A stretch of DNA of 51,598 nt from Thermodesulfobacteriota bacterium (GTDB lineage: Bacteria > DASVDK01), in assembly GCA_036381125.1 (NCBI GenBank), contig DASVDK010000154.1:1-51598 (forward strand), read 5' to 3'. The first letter of the stretch is position 1, and each line of letters opens with the position of its first letter. The notes below the pieces were generated by a model that saw only the letters and a list, made by a program, of their open reading frames with translations, had not been told where the DNA came from and searched no databases. Position numbers and translations under genes: made by a program. Below, one piece after another: positions 1 to 8,996 of the stretch.

Positions 1-2
1 CC

Positions 3-908
3 GAGGCGGACGAGCTGCTCCAGACCCGCTGCGGCATCCTGGTCTTCGGCAAGCCGACTCACCCCGAGATCCTCGGCACCATCCGATCGCTCGAGGCCAA
101 CGGCGTCCCGTACGAGCGGCTCGACGCCGCCGAGGTCGCCCGCCGGCTGCCGCAGTTCCGGCTCGATCGGGACGAGGTCGGCATCTGGCAGGCCGACGGC
201 GGCTTCCTGCGCCCCTCGCGCTGCGTCCGGGCGAACGTCCGGCTCGCGCGCGCCCACGGCGCCAGGCTCCTCGAGCGCACCGCCGTGACCGGTCTCTCGC
301 GCGGGCCCTCGGGCCTGACGCTCGAGCTCGACGGCCGCCCCGGCCCCACGGTCGACCGCGTCGTCGTCACGGCCGGCCCCTGGGCGTCACGACTCCTCGC
401 CGAGGCCGGCCTGCCGCTGACCGTCACGCGCCAGGTGTACGTCTTCCTTCGGGTCCGGCCCGGCGCCGAGCGGGCCTTCGAGGTGGGGCGCTTCCCGGTC
501 TGGTTGGACACGGAGGCCGACGCCTACGGCTTCCCGACCCACGGCGCCATCCCGGGCGTCAAGCTGGCCTTCTTCCACGAGCACGGCAGGCCGACCGACC
601 CGGACCGGGTCGACCGCGAGGTCCGGGAGGAGGACCGCGAGCCGCTCAGGGCGTGGGCCCGGCGCCGGCTGCCCGACCTGACGGGCGAGGTCACGTACGA
701 GAAGGTCTGCCTCTACACCAACACGCCCGACCTCGACTTCGTGATCGGGGCCCTCCCCGGAGACCCGCGTGTCGTCTACGTGGCCGGGCTGTCGGGCCAC
801 GGCTTCAAGTTCACCGTGCTGCTCGGCCGCATCGCGGCCGACCTGGCCCTGGGCATCGACCCGGGGTTCGACCTCTCGCGCTTCTCGCCCGCCCGCTTCT
901 CCCGCTAA
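3..908 (+). CDS. solA: Sarcosine oxidase / N-methyl-L-tryptophan oxidase family FAD oxidase (5'-truncated by window edge)
   Basis: Frame open from nt 3 (EADELLQTRCGILVFG...); motifs VVVTAGPW, CLYTNTPDLDFVIG, GLSGHGFKF. Confidence 0.8.
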   Translation, partial: EADELLQTRCGILVFGKPTHPEILGTIRSLEANGVPYERLDAAEVARRLPQFRLDRDEVGIWQADGGFLRPSRCVRANVRLARAHGARLLERTAVTGLSRGPSGLTLELDGRPGPTVDRVVVTAGPWASRLLAEAGLPLTVTRQVYVFLRVRPGAERAFEVGRFPVWLDTEADAYGFPTHGAIPGVKLAFFHEHGRPTDPDRVDREVREEDREPLRAWARRRLPDLTGEVTYEKVCLYTNTPDLDFVIGALPGDPRVVYVAGLSGHGFKFTVLLGRIAADLALGIDPGFDLSRFSPARFSR

Positions 909-914
909 CACGTC

Positions 915-1078
915 GGGGGTCAGGTCTTTCCATTTTCCAGGGGGTCAGGTCTTTCCGTTTTCCTTTTCCAGGGGGTCAGGTCTTTCCATTTTCCAGGGGG
1001 TCAGGTCTTTCCGTTTTCCAGACAGGCAAACGTCGGGGGCCGACCCCACTCGTTTGCCACGGGGGGGCAGCCGACCCG
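915..1078. repeat. Composite intergenic repeat, copy A: four tandem ~25-bp units GGGGGTCAGGTCTTTCC(A/G)TTTTCCA, hairpin, GGGGGGCAGCCGACCCG tail
   Basis: Units at 915-939, 940-970 (31 bp), 971-995, 996-1020; hairpin GGCAAACG..CGTTTGCC 1025-1058; homologous copy at 45422-45571. Confidence 0.9.
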
Positions 1079-1104
1079 CCCGAGCCTCGCCCGCCGGATC
1101 CGCC

Positions 1105-1857
1105 TCAGTCGTCGGCGGGGGTGCGCGATCGGCCGCTCCCCGGCGGGAGGAGCCCCAGGACCGAGAGCGATCGCCGGACGTCGGGGTCGGCGCCGTGGTA
1201 CGTGAGGAGGGCCCGGGCCGCCTCGCGGGCGCCGGCCCGGTCGCCGCAGCGCGCCCGGCGCTCGGCGAGGACCATGAGCGCCTCGCGGTGCGTCGGCTCG
1301 AGCGTGACGGCGCGGGAGAGCGCCGCCTCGGCGCGGTCGTGTCTGGAGAGGCGGGAGTAGAGGGCGCCGAGCGCTGCCCACGCGTCGGGGTCGTTCGGGT
1401 CGAGCGAGGTCGCCATGAGGAGGTCGAGGAGGGCGGACTGGGTGTCGCCCCGCTCCTCGGCGATGGTCGCGAGGAGGACGTGCGCGTCCGGATCGCCGCG
1501 GCGGGCCACCGCCTCGAGGTGCGGCCGCGCCTCGTCGGGCCGGCCGACTCCGAGGAGGGCGGCGCCGAGGGCCCCCTGGGCGTCGGCGAGGCCGCCTGCC
1601 ACCGCCGCCTCGAAGTGCTCCACCGCCTCCCGCAGGCGGCCGAGCCGGACGTAGCAGGCGCCCGCGGCGTACTGGGCGCGCGCCGCGTAGCGGGAGTGGT
1701 TCAGGGCCGGCCTGACGCAGGCAAGCGCCTCGTCGTAGGCGCCCATCCGGTAGAGGCGGGCGGCGCGCGCGAGGCGGATGCGATGGACGAGCCCGCTCCG
1801 GATCGCCACCCAGAGCGCCCCCGCCACCACGATGAGGATCGCCGCGAGCCAGACCAC
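1105..1857 (-). CDS. Membrane-anchored TPR protein
   Basis: N-terminal TM helix then several TPR-like repeats (AWAALGALYSRLSRHDRAEAALSRAVTLEP); GGAGG upstream of GTG. Confidence 0.8.
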   Translation of the reverse strand: MVWLAAILIVVAGALWVAIRSGLVHRIRLARAARLYRMGAYDEALACVRPALNHSRYAARAQYAAGACYVRLGRLREAVEHFEAAVAGGLADAQGALGAALLGVGRPDEARPHLEAVARRGDPDAHVLLATIAEERGDTQSALLDLLMATSLDPNDPDAWAALGALYSRLSRHDRAEAALSRAVTLEPTHREALMVLAERRARCGDRAGAREAARALLTYHGADPDVRRSLSVLGLLPPGSGRSRTPADD

Positions 1858-1992
1858 CCGGGCCCTCCAGCACCGCCGTCCGCGGTCCGGGAGCCGGACG
1901 ACGAGACGAACGGCCGGCCATCGTGACCGACAGGAGAATGGTAGCCGCTCGGCCCGGGCCGTGGCAACTCCGCACCGGCGGGCGGCCGGCGC

Positions 1993-2026
1993 AAAAAAAG
2001 GCGCCGGCCGTACCCGGCCGGCGCCT
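1993..2026 (-). terminator. Rho-independent terminator after hsp20
   Basis: Minus strand AGGCGCCGGCCG-GGTA-CGGCCGGCGCC-TTTTTTT: GC stem plus U7 tract. Confidence 0.9.
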
Positions 2027-2050
2027 CGACGGACACCCGCCGCGTCGATC

Positions 2051-2506
2051 CTACGCGGCGATCGGGATGACGCGCGTGCGGGCCTCCTCGGCCTTCGGCA
2101 CGATCACCTCGAGGACGCCATGCTGCACGCGGGCCTGGATCTTTTCGACGTCGATCGCTCCCGGCAGCGTCACGGCCCGGTAGAAGGTCCCGTACGCTCC
2201 CTCCTGACGGAGCCACTGCTCGCTCTTCAGCCGGTCACCGACCTTCCGCTCGCCGCGGATCACGAGCGCGCCGTCGGACACCTCGATCTGGAGGTCGTCC
2301 TTCGTCACGCCCGGGACTTCCGCGCGCAGGTAGTAGGCGTCCGGCGCCTCCCACAGGTCGACGGGGGGCGTGAAGGCGCTCGCCGTGCTCAGGTCCTGGA
2401 GGGCCGCGCCCCCGCCCCGGCCGAATACCTCGTCGAAGAGCCGAGACATCTGCCGCTGGATCGCCGAGAACTCACGGAACGGGTCCATTCGCACAAGGGT
2501 TCCCAT
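2051..2506 (-). CDS. Small heat shock protein, Hsp20/alpha-crystallin family
   Basis: MDPFREF..PPVDLWE..AEVPGV..GERK..YGTFYRAVTLP..GVLEVIVPK; AGGAGG RBS before ATG at 2506. Confidence 0.95.
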   Translation of the reverse strand: MGTLVRMDPFREFSAIQRQMSRLFDEVFGRGGGAALQDLSTASAFTPPVDLWEAPDAYYLRAEVPGVTKDDLQIEVSDGALVIRGERKVGDRLKSEQWLRQEGAYGTFYRAVTLPGAIDVEKIQARVQHGVLEVIVPKAEEARTRVIPIAA

Positions 2507-2606
2507 CCACACCACCTCCTTCTTGCCGTGATGTCGACGGTCCGGCGGTCCCTCCGAGGACCGCCAGGGACCCCACGGGACCGACATGCCACGCCTTGCG
2601 GGAACG

Positions 2607-3653
2607 TCAAGCCCCCCGGAGCGTCGTCGGGAGCCTCCCGCGCCGGGCGCCGTCGAGCGCCTGCCGCAGTCGGCGGCGCGCCCGCTCCTCGATCTGCCGG
2701 GCCCGCTCCTTGCTGACGCCGAGCCGCGTCCCGACCTCTTCGAGCGTCGCCGGCTCGGCCTCCCCGAGCCCGTAGCGGAGCCGCAGGACCAGGGCCTCGC
2801 GGGGAGGCAGCGAGGCGAGGGCCTGCTCGAGGCGCGCCGTCTCCTCGCGGGCCGCCACGAGGTCGTAGGGGGTCTCGGGATCCGGTAGCGGGAGGCGATC
2901 GCCGATCGTGTCCCGGCTCCCTTCCTCGGCCGGCGCGTCGAGCGGAACGGGCCGGCGCAGGCCGGCCACGAGCGCCTCGGCGCGGTCCTGGCGCAGACGC
3001 GCCAGGCGAGCGATCTCCTCGGCGTACGGCTCCCGGCCGAGGCGGGCCTCGAGGCGGCTGCGCGCCCGGACGAGGCGGGGCAGCGCGTCCACGAGGCGGA
3101 CCGGGAGCGTGAGCACACCCCGATGGGCGCGCACCGACCGGGCGAGCGCCTGGCGCACGAACGGCGTCGCGTAGGTCGCAAAGCGCGCCCCGGATCGGTA
3201 GTCGTACCGGCGGGCGGCGCGGAGCAGGGCGAGGCTCGCCTCCTGGATCAGGTCGGCCATCGGCACGCCGCGCCCCGCGTAGCGCCTGGCGAGGAAGACC
3301 GCGAGCCGCAGGTGACCGGCGGCCAGGCGCCCCTCCGCCTCCCGGCGCGCCCGCTCCGCGGCCGCCAGGCGGCGGGCCCGCGCCGGGTCCTTCCCCCGCC
3401 TCGCGGCAAGGCGGCGCGCGAGGCGACGTGCCGCCGCGGCCCGGCGGGCGAGCCGCCGTTCGGTCCGCGCGTCCATGCGGGGCGTCCGGCGGAGGTCGCG
3501 GAGGAAGGGCGCGAGCGGGTCGGCCTCGTGCGTGGCGCGCGCCTCGAGGTCGAGGTCGGCCTGCGCCTCGGAGTCGCCGAGGGCGAGGTCCACGCGGAGC
3601 GCGTCGATCGCCGTGGCCAGCTCGGCCAGGAAGGGGACGGGCTCGGCGGACAT
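2607..3653 (-). CDS. Sigma-70 family RNA polymerase sigma factor (RpoD/RpoS-like, regions 1.2-4, divergent region 2.3)
   Basis: HLRLAVFLARRYAGRG..DLIQE..RFATYA; region 4 TLEEVGTRLGVSKERARQIE. Confidence 0.9.
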   Translation of the reverse strand: MSAEPVPFLAELATAIDALRVDLALGDSEAQADLDLEARATHEADPLAPFLRDLRRTPRMDARTERRLARRAAAARRLARRLAARRGKDPARARRLAAAERARREAEGRLAAGHLRLAVFLARRYAGRGVPMADLIQEASLALLRAARRYDYRSGARFATYATPFVRQALARSVRAHRGVLTLPVRLVDALPRLVRARSRLEARLGREPYAEEIARLARLRQDRAEALVAGLRRPVPLDAPAEEGSRDTIGDRLPLPDPETPYDLVAAREETARLEQALASLPPREALVLRLRYGLGEAEPATLEEVGTRLGVSKERARQIEERARRRLRQALDGARRGRLPTTLRGA

Positions 3654-3686
3654 GAAGGAAGGGTAACGCGGCGGCGCGGGCCCCCG

Positions 3687-4376
3687 TCAGCCCCTCGGCT
3701 CGCGGCCGCCGACCGGCCCGGCGCTCCCCGGGAGCCGGCGGCGCTGGCGCGCCGAGGCGAGCAGGTCCTCGAGGGTCACGCTCCTCACCAGGTCCTCGAT
3801 GACGGCGCGCGGGTTGACGAGCTTGCGCACGCGCAGGAGGAGCGCGAAGAGGACGACGATGGCAAAGGCGGTCTCGAGGATGGTGAAGTTCAGGAAGTGC
3901 GTGCGGCGAGCGACCGCGCTCGCGTTGAGCATGATGACCAGGTTGAGGACCATGGCGAGGCCGCCCGTGGCGAGTGCGGCCTTGAAGACGCCGATCTCCA
4001 TGATGAGCTCGCCCACGCGCGGCGTGAAGTTCTGGATGAAGAGCTGGACGACGATGAAGAAGACCGACAGGGCGATGGCCAGCAGCGAGGCGACCACCGA
4101 GAGGTTGGCTCCTGCCCAGGTGACCGTCGTGCCGCCGGTCTCGTCGTAGGCGAAGAGCCCCTGGCCGAGGAGCGCCAGGACCAGGAAGACGAGGAAGCAC
4201 CCCGCGCCGACGACGACGAGGAGCCGGTCGTCGAACTCGAGGAGACGGCCGGCGCCGACGAGGGCGCGCAGGCCGGTGCCGACCACCGCCCGGCCGGCTC
4301 GAAGGGCCGCGCGGGCCGCGGCGGCGCTGCGGGCGCGGGCTGCGGCGTCGAGCGCCGCGTGGCGGTCCTGGCTCAT
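3687..4376 (-). CDS. Multi-pass membrane protein, DUF2254-like
   Basis: About 4 hydrophobic segments; LAIALSVFFIVVQLFIQNFTPRV resembles the DUF2254 'VALQLASSQFSPR' motif. Confidence 0.55.
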   Translation of the reverse strand: MSQDRHAALDAAARARSAAAARAALRAGRAVVGTGLRALVGAGRLLEFDDRLLVVVGAGCFLVFLVLALLGQGLFAYDETGGTTVTWAGANLSVVASLLAIALSVFFIVVQLFIQNFTPRVGELIMEIGVFKAALATGGLAMVLNLVIMLNASAVARRTHFLNFTILETAFAIVVLFALLLRVRKLVNPRAVIEDLVRSVTLEDLLASARQRRRLPGSAGPVGGREPRG

Positions 4377-4382
4377 CGGCGC

Positions 4383-4411
4383 CTTCTACGCCGAGCGCCT
4401 GCCCGTGTCAA
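4383..4411 (-). promoter_or_regulatory. Sigma-70 promoter, probably leaderless transcript
   Basis: TTGACA-17 nt-TAGAAG, then 6 nt to ATG at 4376. Confidence 0.55.
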
Positions 4412-4565
4412 GCGATCCGCCGAATAGCGGAGACGGCCGCCGCGTCCATTGTCGGGTCAGGCACCTGGACCGCCGGACCGGGGCTTCGGACCCCATCTTG
4501 ACAGGTCGCGCGGCCCCGTGCCACGCTACGCCCTTTTCCCGGCATTCCTGGAGGCTCGTACGTCC

Positions 4566-7337
4566 GTGAGCGTGTCTTCGCGTGTCACTGCCCTGTCGGT
4601 CGCGCTGGCCGGTCTCCTCGCGCCTCTCGCGCTCCGCTGGGCGCCCACCGAGGCCGCCGAGCCGGCTGCATCCTCTGCCGCCAAGCCTCCCCTGCCCGCA
4701 CCACAGCCAGGAGGACGTGAGGACGTGAGCGATCCCATCGTGTACACGCTGGCCAACGGCATGACGGTGATCCTGCAGCGCAACAGCGCCGCGCCGGTCG
4801 TCGCCTTCAACGTCTGGGTGAAGGTCGGCTCGACGGACGAGACCGACAGCGAGGCGGGGATCGCCCACGTCATCGAGCACATGCTCTTCAAGGGGACGAC
4901 CACGCGTCCGGTCGGCCGGATCGCCCAGGAGATCGAGGGCGCCGGGGGCGAGATCAACGCCTTCACGACGTTCGACCACACCGTCTACCACATCGTCATC
5001 GCATCGCGGTACGCGGGCACGGCGCTCGACGTCCTGGCCGACGCCATGCAGCACTCCACGTTCGACCCCGACGAGTACGCGCGCGAGCGCCGCGTCGTCC
5101 TCGAGGAGATCCTGCGGGCCGAGGACAGCCCCGAGCGCCAGGTGGGCAACGCCCTCTTCGGCGCGGTCTTCGAGAAGCACCCGTACGGCCGCCCGGTCAT
5201 CGGCTACTCGAACGTCGTCGCCAACTACCCGCGTGACGCGATCTACGCGTTCTACAAGAAGTGGTACAAGCCGAACAACATGACCCTCGTCGTCGTGGGG
5301 GACTTCGACCCGGCGACGCTCCGCCCGGAGATCGAGAAGGCCTTCGGCGGGTTCCAGGCGGCGCCGCTCCCCGCGCGCGACAAGCCGGTCGAGCCGCGGC
5401 AGACGGCGTACCGCGGGACCGTGCTGTCCCGGCCGGTGAACCGCACGTACCTCAACTTCGGCTGGCACATCCCGAGCGTGAAGAGCGACGACGTCTTCGC
5501 CCTCGACGTGCTCGCCCAGATCCTCGGCCAGGGCGAATCCTCCCGGCTCTACCAGGAGGTGAAGGTCGAGCGGGAGCTCGTCCAGTCCATCTACGCGTAC
5601 GCCTACACCCCCGAGGACCCCGGCCTCTTCTCGATCGGAATGACGCTCGACGCCGACAAGGTCCAGGACGCGGCCCGGGCCGCGCTCGCCGAGGCCTTCC
5701 GGCTGCGGCACGACCTCGTGACCCCCTTCGAGCTGCGCAAGGCGAAGACCAACATCGAGAGCGAGTTCGTCTACACCCGCGAGACGGTCGAGGGCCAGGC
5801 GCGCAACCTCGGCTACTTCCAGACCGTCATCGGCGACATCGGCTACCAGAAGACCTACCTCGACCGGGTGGCCCAGGTCACGGCCGAGGACGTGCGCCGC
5901 GTCGCGCGCACCTACCTCACGCACGAGGGGCTCTCGGCGGCGCTCCTCCTGCCGGAGGCCGAGAAGGACCGCGCCACCGCGGACGACATCGGCCGGATCG
6001 CGCGCGAGGCCTACACGGCCGCCGAGCAGGCGGCGGCCCGCGCGGGGGCGCCGGCCGGCGACGGCGAGGTCACGAAGGTGGTCCTCGACAACGGCCTCAC
6101 CGTCCTGGTGAAGGAGGCGCACGCCGTACCGATCGTCTCGATGCGGCTCGTCTTCCTCGGCGGCCTCCGGTTCGAGACCGAGCAGACGGCCGGCCTCAAC
6201 AACTTCCTCGCCGGCATGCTGACCAAGGGGACGACCAACCGCAGCGCCCTCGAGATCGCCCGTGAGATCGAGTCGATCGCCGGCGCCATCGACGGCGACT
6301 CGGGCAAGAACACCTTCGGCGTCTCGGCCACCGTGCTCTCGAAGTACCTGGACGAGGGGCTCGACCTCTTCGCGGACGTGGCGCTGAACCCCTCGTTCCC
6401 CGAGACCGAGATCGCCAAGCGGCGGCGGGACGTCCTCGCGGCGATCAAGGCGCAGGAGGACAACCCGTCGTCCTACGCCTTCAAGCTGTTCAACAGGGCG
6501 CTCTTCCCGGACCACCCCTACGGCCTCAACACGCTCGGCACGGAGACCTCGGTCAAGGCGCTCACGCGCCAGGACCTCGTGAACTTCTACGCCGCCTATG
6601 CCGTGCCCAACAACGCCGTCCTCGCCGTCGTGGGCGACGTCTCGACGCCGAACATCGTCGCCCGCATCGAGGAGGAGTTCGGCGGGTGGCCGCGCAAGGC
6701 GACGACGCTCCCCGACCCGGCGCCGCAGGCGCCCCACGGCCCGACGACCATCGAGGAGCACAAGCCCAAGGCCCAGGCGCAGATCGTCATGGGCAACATC
6801 GGCACCACGTTCGACGACCCGGACAAGTACGCCCTTCAGGTCATGAACGCGGTGCTGTCCGGCCAGGGTGGGCGACTCTTCTTCGAGCTTCGGGACAAGG
6901 AGAGCCTGGCCTACGCGCTCACGTCGTTCTCGTCGGAGGGGCTCGAGCCCGGGGCGTTCGGGGTGTACATGGGGACCGCGCCCGACAAGGTCCCGGCGGC
7001 CATCGCGGGCCTCGAGCGGGAACTCACGAGGATCCGCACCGAGAAGGTCTCGCCCGAGGAACTCCAGCGGGCGAAGCGCTACCTCATCGGCTCGTTCGAG
7101 ATCGACCTGCAGCGCGGCTCGGCCGTGGCGCTGAACCTCGCCCTCAACGAGCTGTACGGGCTCGGCTACGACGAGTACCGGCGGTACGCGTCCAAGGTGA
7201 ACGCCGTGACGGCGGACGACGTGCTCCGCGTCGCGCAGAAGCACATCCACCCCGGCCGGTTCACCCGGGTCATCGTCAGGCCCGACCCGGCCGCCGCCCA
7301 GGCGCCGGCCGCCGCCCCCGCCGCGGCGCGGCCCTAG
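4566..7337 (+). CDS. Exported M16 (pitrilysin/PqqL-like) zinc peptidase
   Basis: HVIEH (HxxEH) in first M16 domain, degenerate second domain; signal peptide; GTG at 4566 after GGAGG (start approximate). Confidence 0.92.
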   Translation: MSVSSRVTALSVALAGLLAPLALRWAPTEAAEPAASSAAKPPLPAPQPGGREDVSDPIVYTLANGMTVILQRNSAAPVVAFNVWVKVGSTDETDSEAGIAHVIEHMLFKGTTTRPVGRIAQEIEGAGGEINAFTTFDHTVYHIVIASRYAGTALDVLADAMQHSTFDPDEYARERRVVLEEILRAEDSPERQVGNALFGAVFEKHPYGRPVIGYSNVVANYPRDAIYAFYKKWYKPNNMTLVVVGDFDPATLRPEIEKAFGGFQAAPLPARDKPVEPRQTAYRGTVLSRPVNRTYLNFGWHIPSVKSDDVFALDVLAQILGQGESSRLYQEVKVERELVQSIYAYAYTPEDPGLFSIGMTLDADKVQDAARAALAEAFRLRHDLVTPFELRKAKTNIESEFVYTRETVEGQARNLGYFQTVIGDIGYQKTYLDRVAQVTAEDVRRVARTYLTHEGLSAALLLPEAEKDRATADDIGRIAREAYTAAEQAAARAGAPAGDGEVTKVVLDNGLTVLVKEAHAVPIVSMRLVFLGGLRFETEQTAGLNNFLAGMLTKGTTNRSALEIAREIESIAGAIDGDSGKNTFGVSATVLSKYLDEGLDLFADVALNPSFPETEIAKRRRDVLAAIKAQEDNPSSYAFKLFNRALFPDHPYGLNTLGTETSVKALTRQDLVNFYAAYAVPNNAVLAVVGDVSTPNIVARIEEEFGGWPRKATTLPDPAPQAPHGPTTIEEHKPKAQAQIVMGNIGTTFDDPDKYALQVMNAVLSGQGGRLFFELRDKESLAYALTSFSSEGLEPGAFGVYMGTAPDKVPAAIAGLERELTRIRTEKVSPEELQRAKRYLIGSFEIDLQRGSAVALNLALNELYGLGYDEYRRYASKVNAVTADDVLRVAQKHIHPGRFTRVIVRPDPAAAQAPAAAPAAARP

Positions 7338-7972
7338 GGCCGATCCCGGCGGGGTGAGGCACGGCGCGCGTCCTCCTCGGCCGCGCGCGCCTCGGCCTCG
7401 CGGCCGAGGGCGCGATACGTCTCCGCCATGTGACCGAGGATCTCGACCCGCAGCGGGCGGTTGCCGGCCGGCGTCGCGGCCAGGGCGCGCTCGAGCGCCT
7501 CGAGCCCCTCGGCCGGCCGCCCGGCCCGCGTGAGCGCGATGCCGAGCGTGTCCGCGTAGTACGCCGTGCGGGCCGGCTCCGCCTCCAGGGCCCGCGCCGC
7601 CAGGGCCGCGGCCTCTTCGTAGCGCTCCTTGCGCTGCAGGTAGACCCAGGCGAGGTTGTTGAGCGCGTCGCCCGTCTCCGGGTCGATGGCCAGCGCCCGG
7701 CGGTAGCGCCGCTCGGCCTCCGCGAGGTCCCCCCGCGCCGCGGCCAGGTTGCCGAGGCCGACCAGCGCGGCCACGTGCTGCCCGTCGCGCCTGAGCGCCG
7801 CCTCGTACGAGCGGGCGGCCAGGTCCAGCTCGCCGTCGCGCTCGTAGACCGCGCCGAGACGGACGTGCTCCTCCGGCGACAGCGGGTCGGTCGGCACGAC
7901 CACGGCCGGGGTGGCGCAGCCGCCCAGGGCGATCACGAGGAGGAGGGCGGCTGCCGGCGGCCGGCCCGTCAC
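7334..7972 (-). CDS. TPR lipoprotein
   Basis: Lipobox ALGG-C; TPRs (ALNNLAWVYL, YADTLG); GTG overlaps upstream stop. Confidence 0.8.
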   Translation of the reverse strand: MTGRPPAAALLLVIALGGCATPAVVVPTDPLSPEEHVRLGAVYERDGELDLAARSYEAALRRDGQHVAALVGLGNLAAARGDLAEAERRYRRALAIDPETGDALNNLAWVYLQRKERYEEAAALAARALEAEPARTAYYADTLGIALTRAGRPAEGLEALERALAATPAGNRPLRVEILGHMAETYRALGREAEARAAEEDARRASPRRDRP

Positions 7973-8508
7973 GCCGGGCTCCTCACGTCGAGGGCCCAGT
8001 GGTCGGTCCGCGCCCAGGCGGCCATGAACCGGTCGATCGGCATGACGAGTCCCGGCCGGTCGCCCGAGTGGAGCACGACCCCCTCCGGCGTGAGGCCGAT
8101 CGCCACGGCGAAGTGCCAGCGGGGCGCCCAGGCGACACGCCCCACGTCGAGGAACACCAGGAGCGGGCGGCCGTCGGCGAGCGTCGCCCGGAGCGATTCG
8201 AGGTCGCCTCGCACCTGCCGCGCGTCGAGCCCCTGCCTGCGCGCCTCGAGGAGGAGGTCGAGGGTGAGCGTCCCCTCGAGTTCGTCGCGGTAGAGGCGCG
8301 CCGTGAGGTCCTCGAGCGACTGCGGCCGCCCGAAGAACCCGAGCACCATCGCGAGGGCGGCCGGGCCGCAGTCGCGGCCGCGCTGCGCGACGAACGGCAC
8401 GCCGTCCACCGTGACCGCGGTCGTCGGCACCGGCGGCGGCGTACGGCGGGGGCCGCACCCCGCGGCCGCGAGCGCCGCGGCGAGGGCGAGGGCCGGCCAG
8501 TATCTCAT
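7969..8508 (-). CDS. C39-like cysteine peptidase lipoprotein (PA2778-like)
   Basis: Lipobox LAAAG-C; VPFVAQRGRDCGPAALAMVL (Q/C), WHFAVAIG (H), VLHSG. Confidence 0.85.
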   Translation of the reverse strand: MRYWPALALAAALAAAGCGPRRTPPPVPTTAVTVDGVPFVAQRGRDCGPAALAMVLGFFGRPQSLEDLTARLYRDELEGTLTLDLLLEARRQGLDARQVRGDLESLRATLADGRPLLVFLDVGRVAWAPRWHFAVAIGLTPEGVVLHSGDRPGLVMPIDRFMAAWARTDHWALDVRSPA

Positions 8509-8909
8509 CGGATGATGATCTCCTTGTCGAGCAGCTTGAGGATCACGACGACGAGCAGGACCACGATGAGGACGCCGATCACGAGGCCGAGGCCGTCGCC
8601 GCCCGGCACGAGGGCGCGCACCTGGTCGGCCGCCGCGTGGATCTCCTCGTCGGACAACGCCTCGATTTTGGCCTTCGCCTCCTCCGGGTCGATGCCGAGG
8701 TCCACCAGGCGCTGCTCGACCTGACGCCGCTCGAGGGCGCTGCGGATCGCGCGGAGGTCCTCGTCGCGGTCGACCGCGCGGCCGGCCGCGTCGACCGCCG
8801 CGGTGGGGGCGAACGCCGCCTGCGCCGCCGGGGCGGCGACGAGGACCGGAAGCGTGACGAGGAGCACGACCAGGACGAGCATCCGACACCGCACGACCGT
8901 GCTGAGCAT
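8505..8909 (-). CDS. PA2779-like protein (signal peptide, helical domain, GG motif, C-terminal TM)
   Basis: VEQRLVDLGIDPEEAKAKIEALSDEEI..PGGDGLGLVIGVLIVVLLVVVIL; GGAGGG RBS; directly upstream of the C39 peptidase. Confidence 0.8.
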   Translation of the reverse strand: MLSTVVRCRMLVLVVLLVTLPVLVAAPAAQAAFAPTAAVDAAGRAVDRDEDLRAIRSALERRQVEQRLVDLGIDPEEAKAKIEALSDEEIHAAADQVRALVPGGDGLGLVIGVLIVVLLVVVILKLLDKEIIIR

Positions 8910-8935
8910 GATTGACCCTCCCCGGAACGGGGAGC

Positions 8936-8965
8936 AATCTAGCCATCGCACGCGCGCAGCGTCAA
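8936..8965 (-). promoter_or_regulatory. Sigma-70 promoter of the PA2779-like operon
   Basis: TTGACG-18 nt-TAGATT. Confidence 0.5.
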
Positions 8966-8996
8966 GGCGCGAGTCGCGCTAGCCTGCGAGCCCGGC

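Noticed and set aside
915-1020. CRISPR array
   Set aside because: Repeats are head-to-tail with no unique spacers, and there are no cas genes
4386-7250. 954-aa antisense ORF, and similar long shadows such as 17245-20112, 19922-22930, 26688-29981 and 47861-49933
   Set aside because: Antisense to well-supported genes; expected from stop-codon scarcity at high GC3; no motifs
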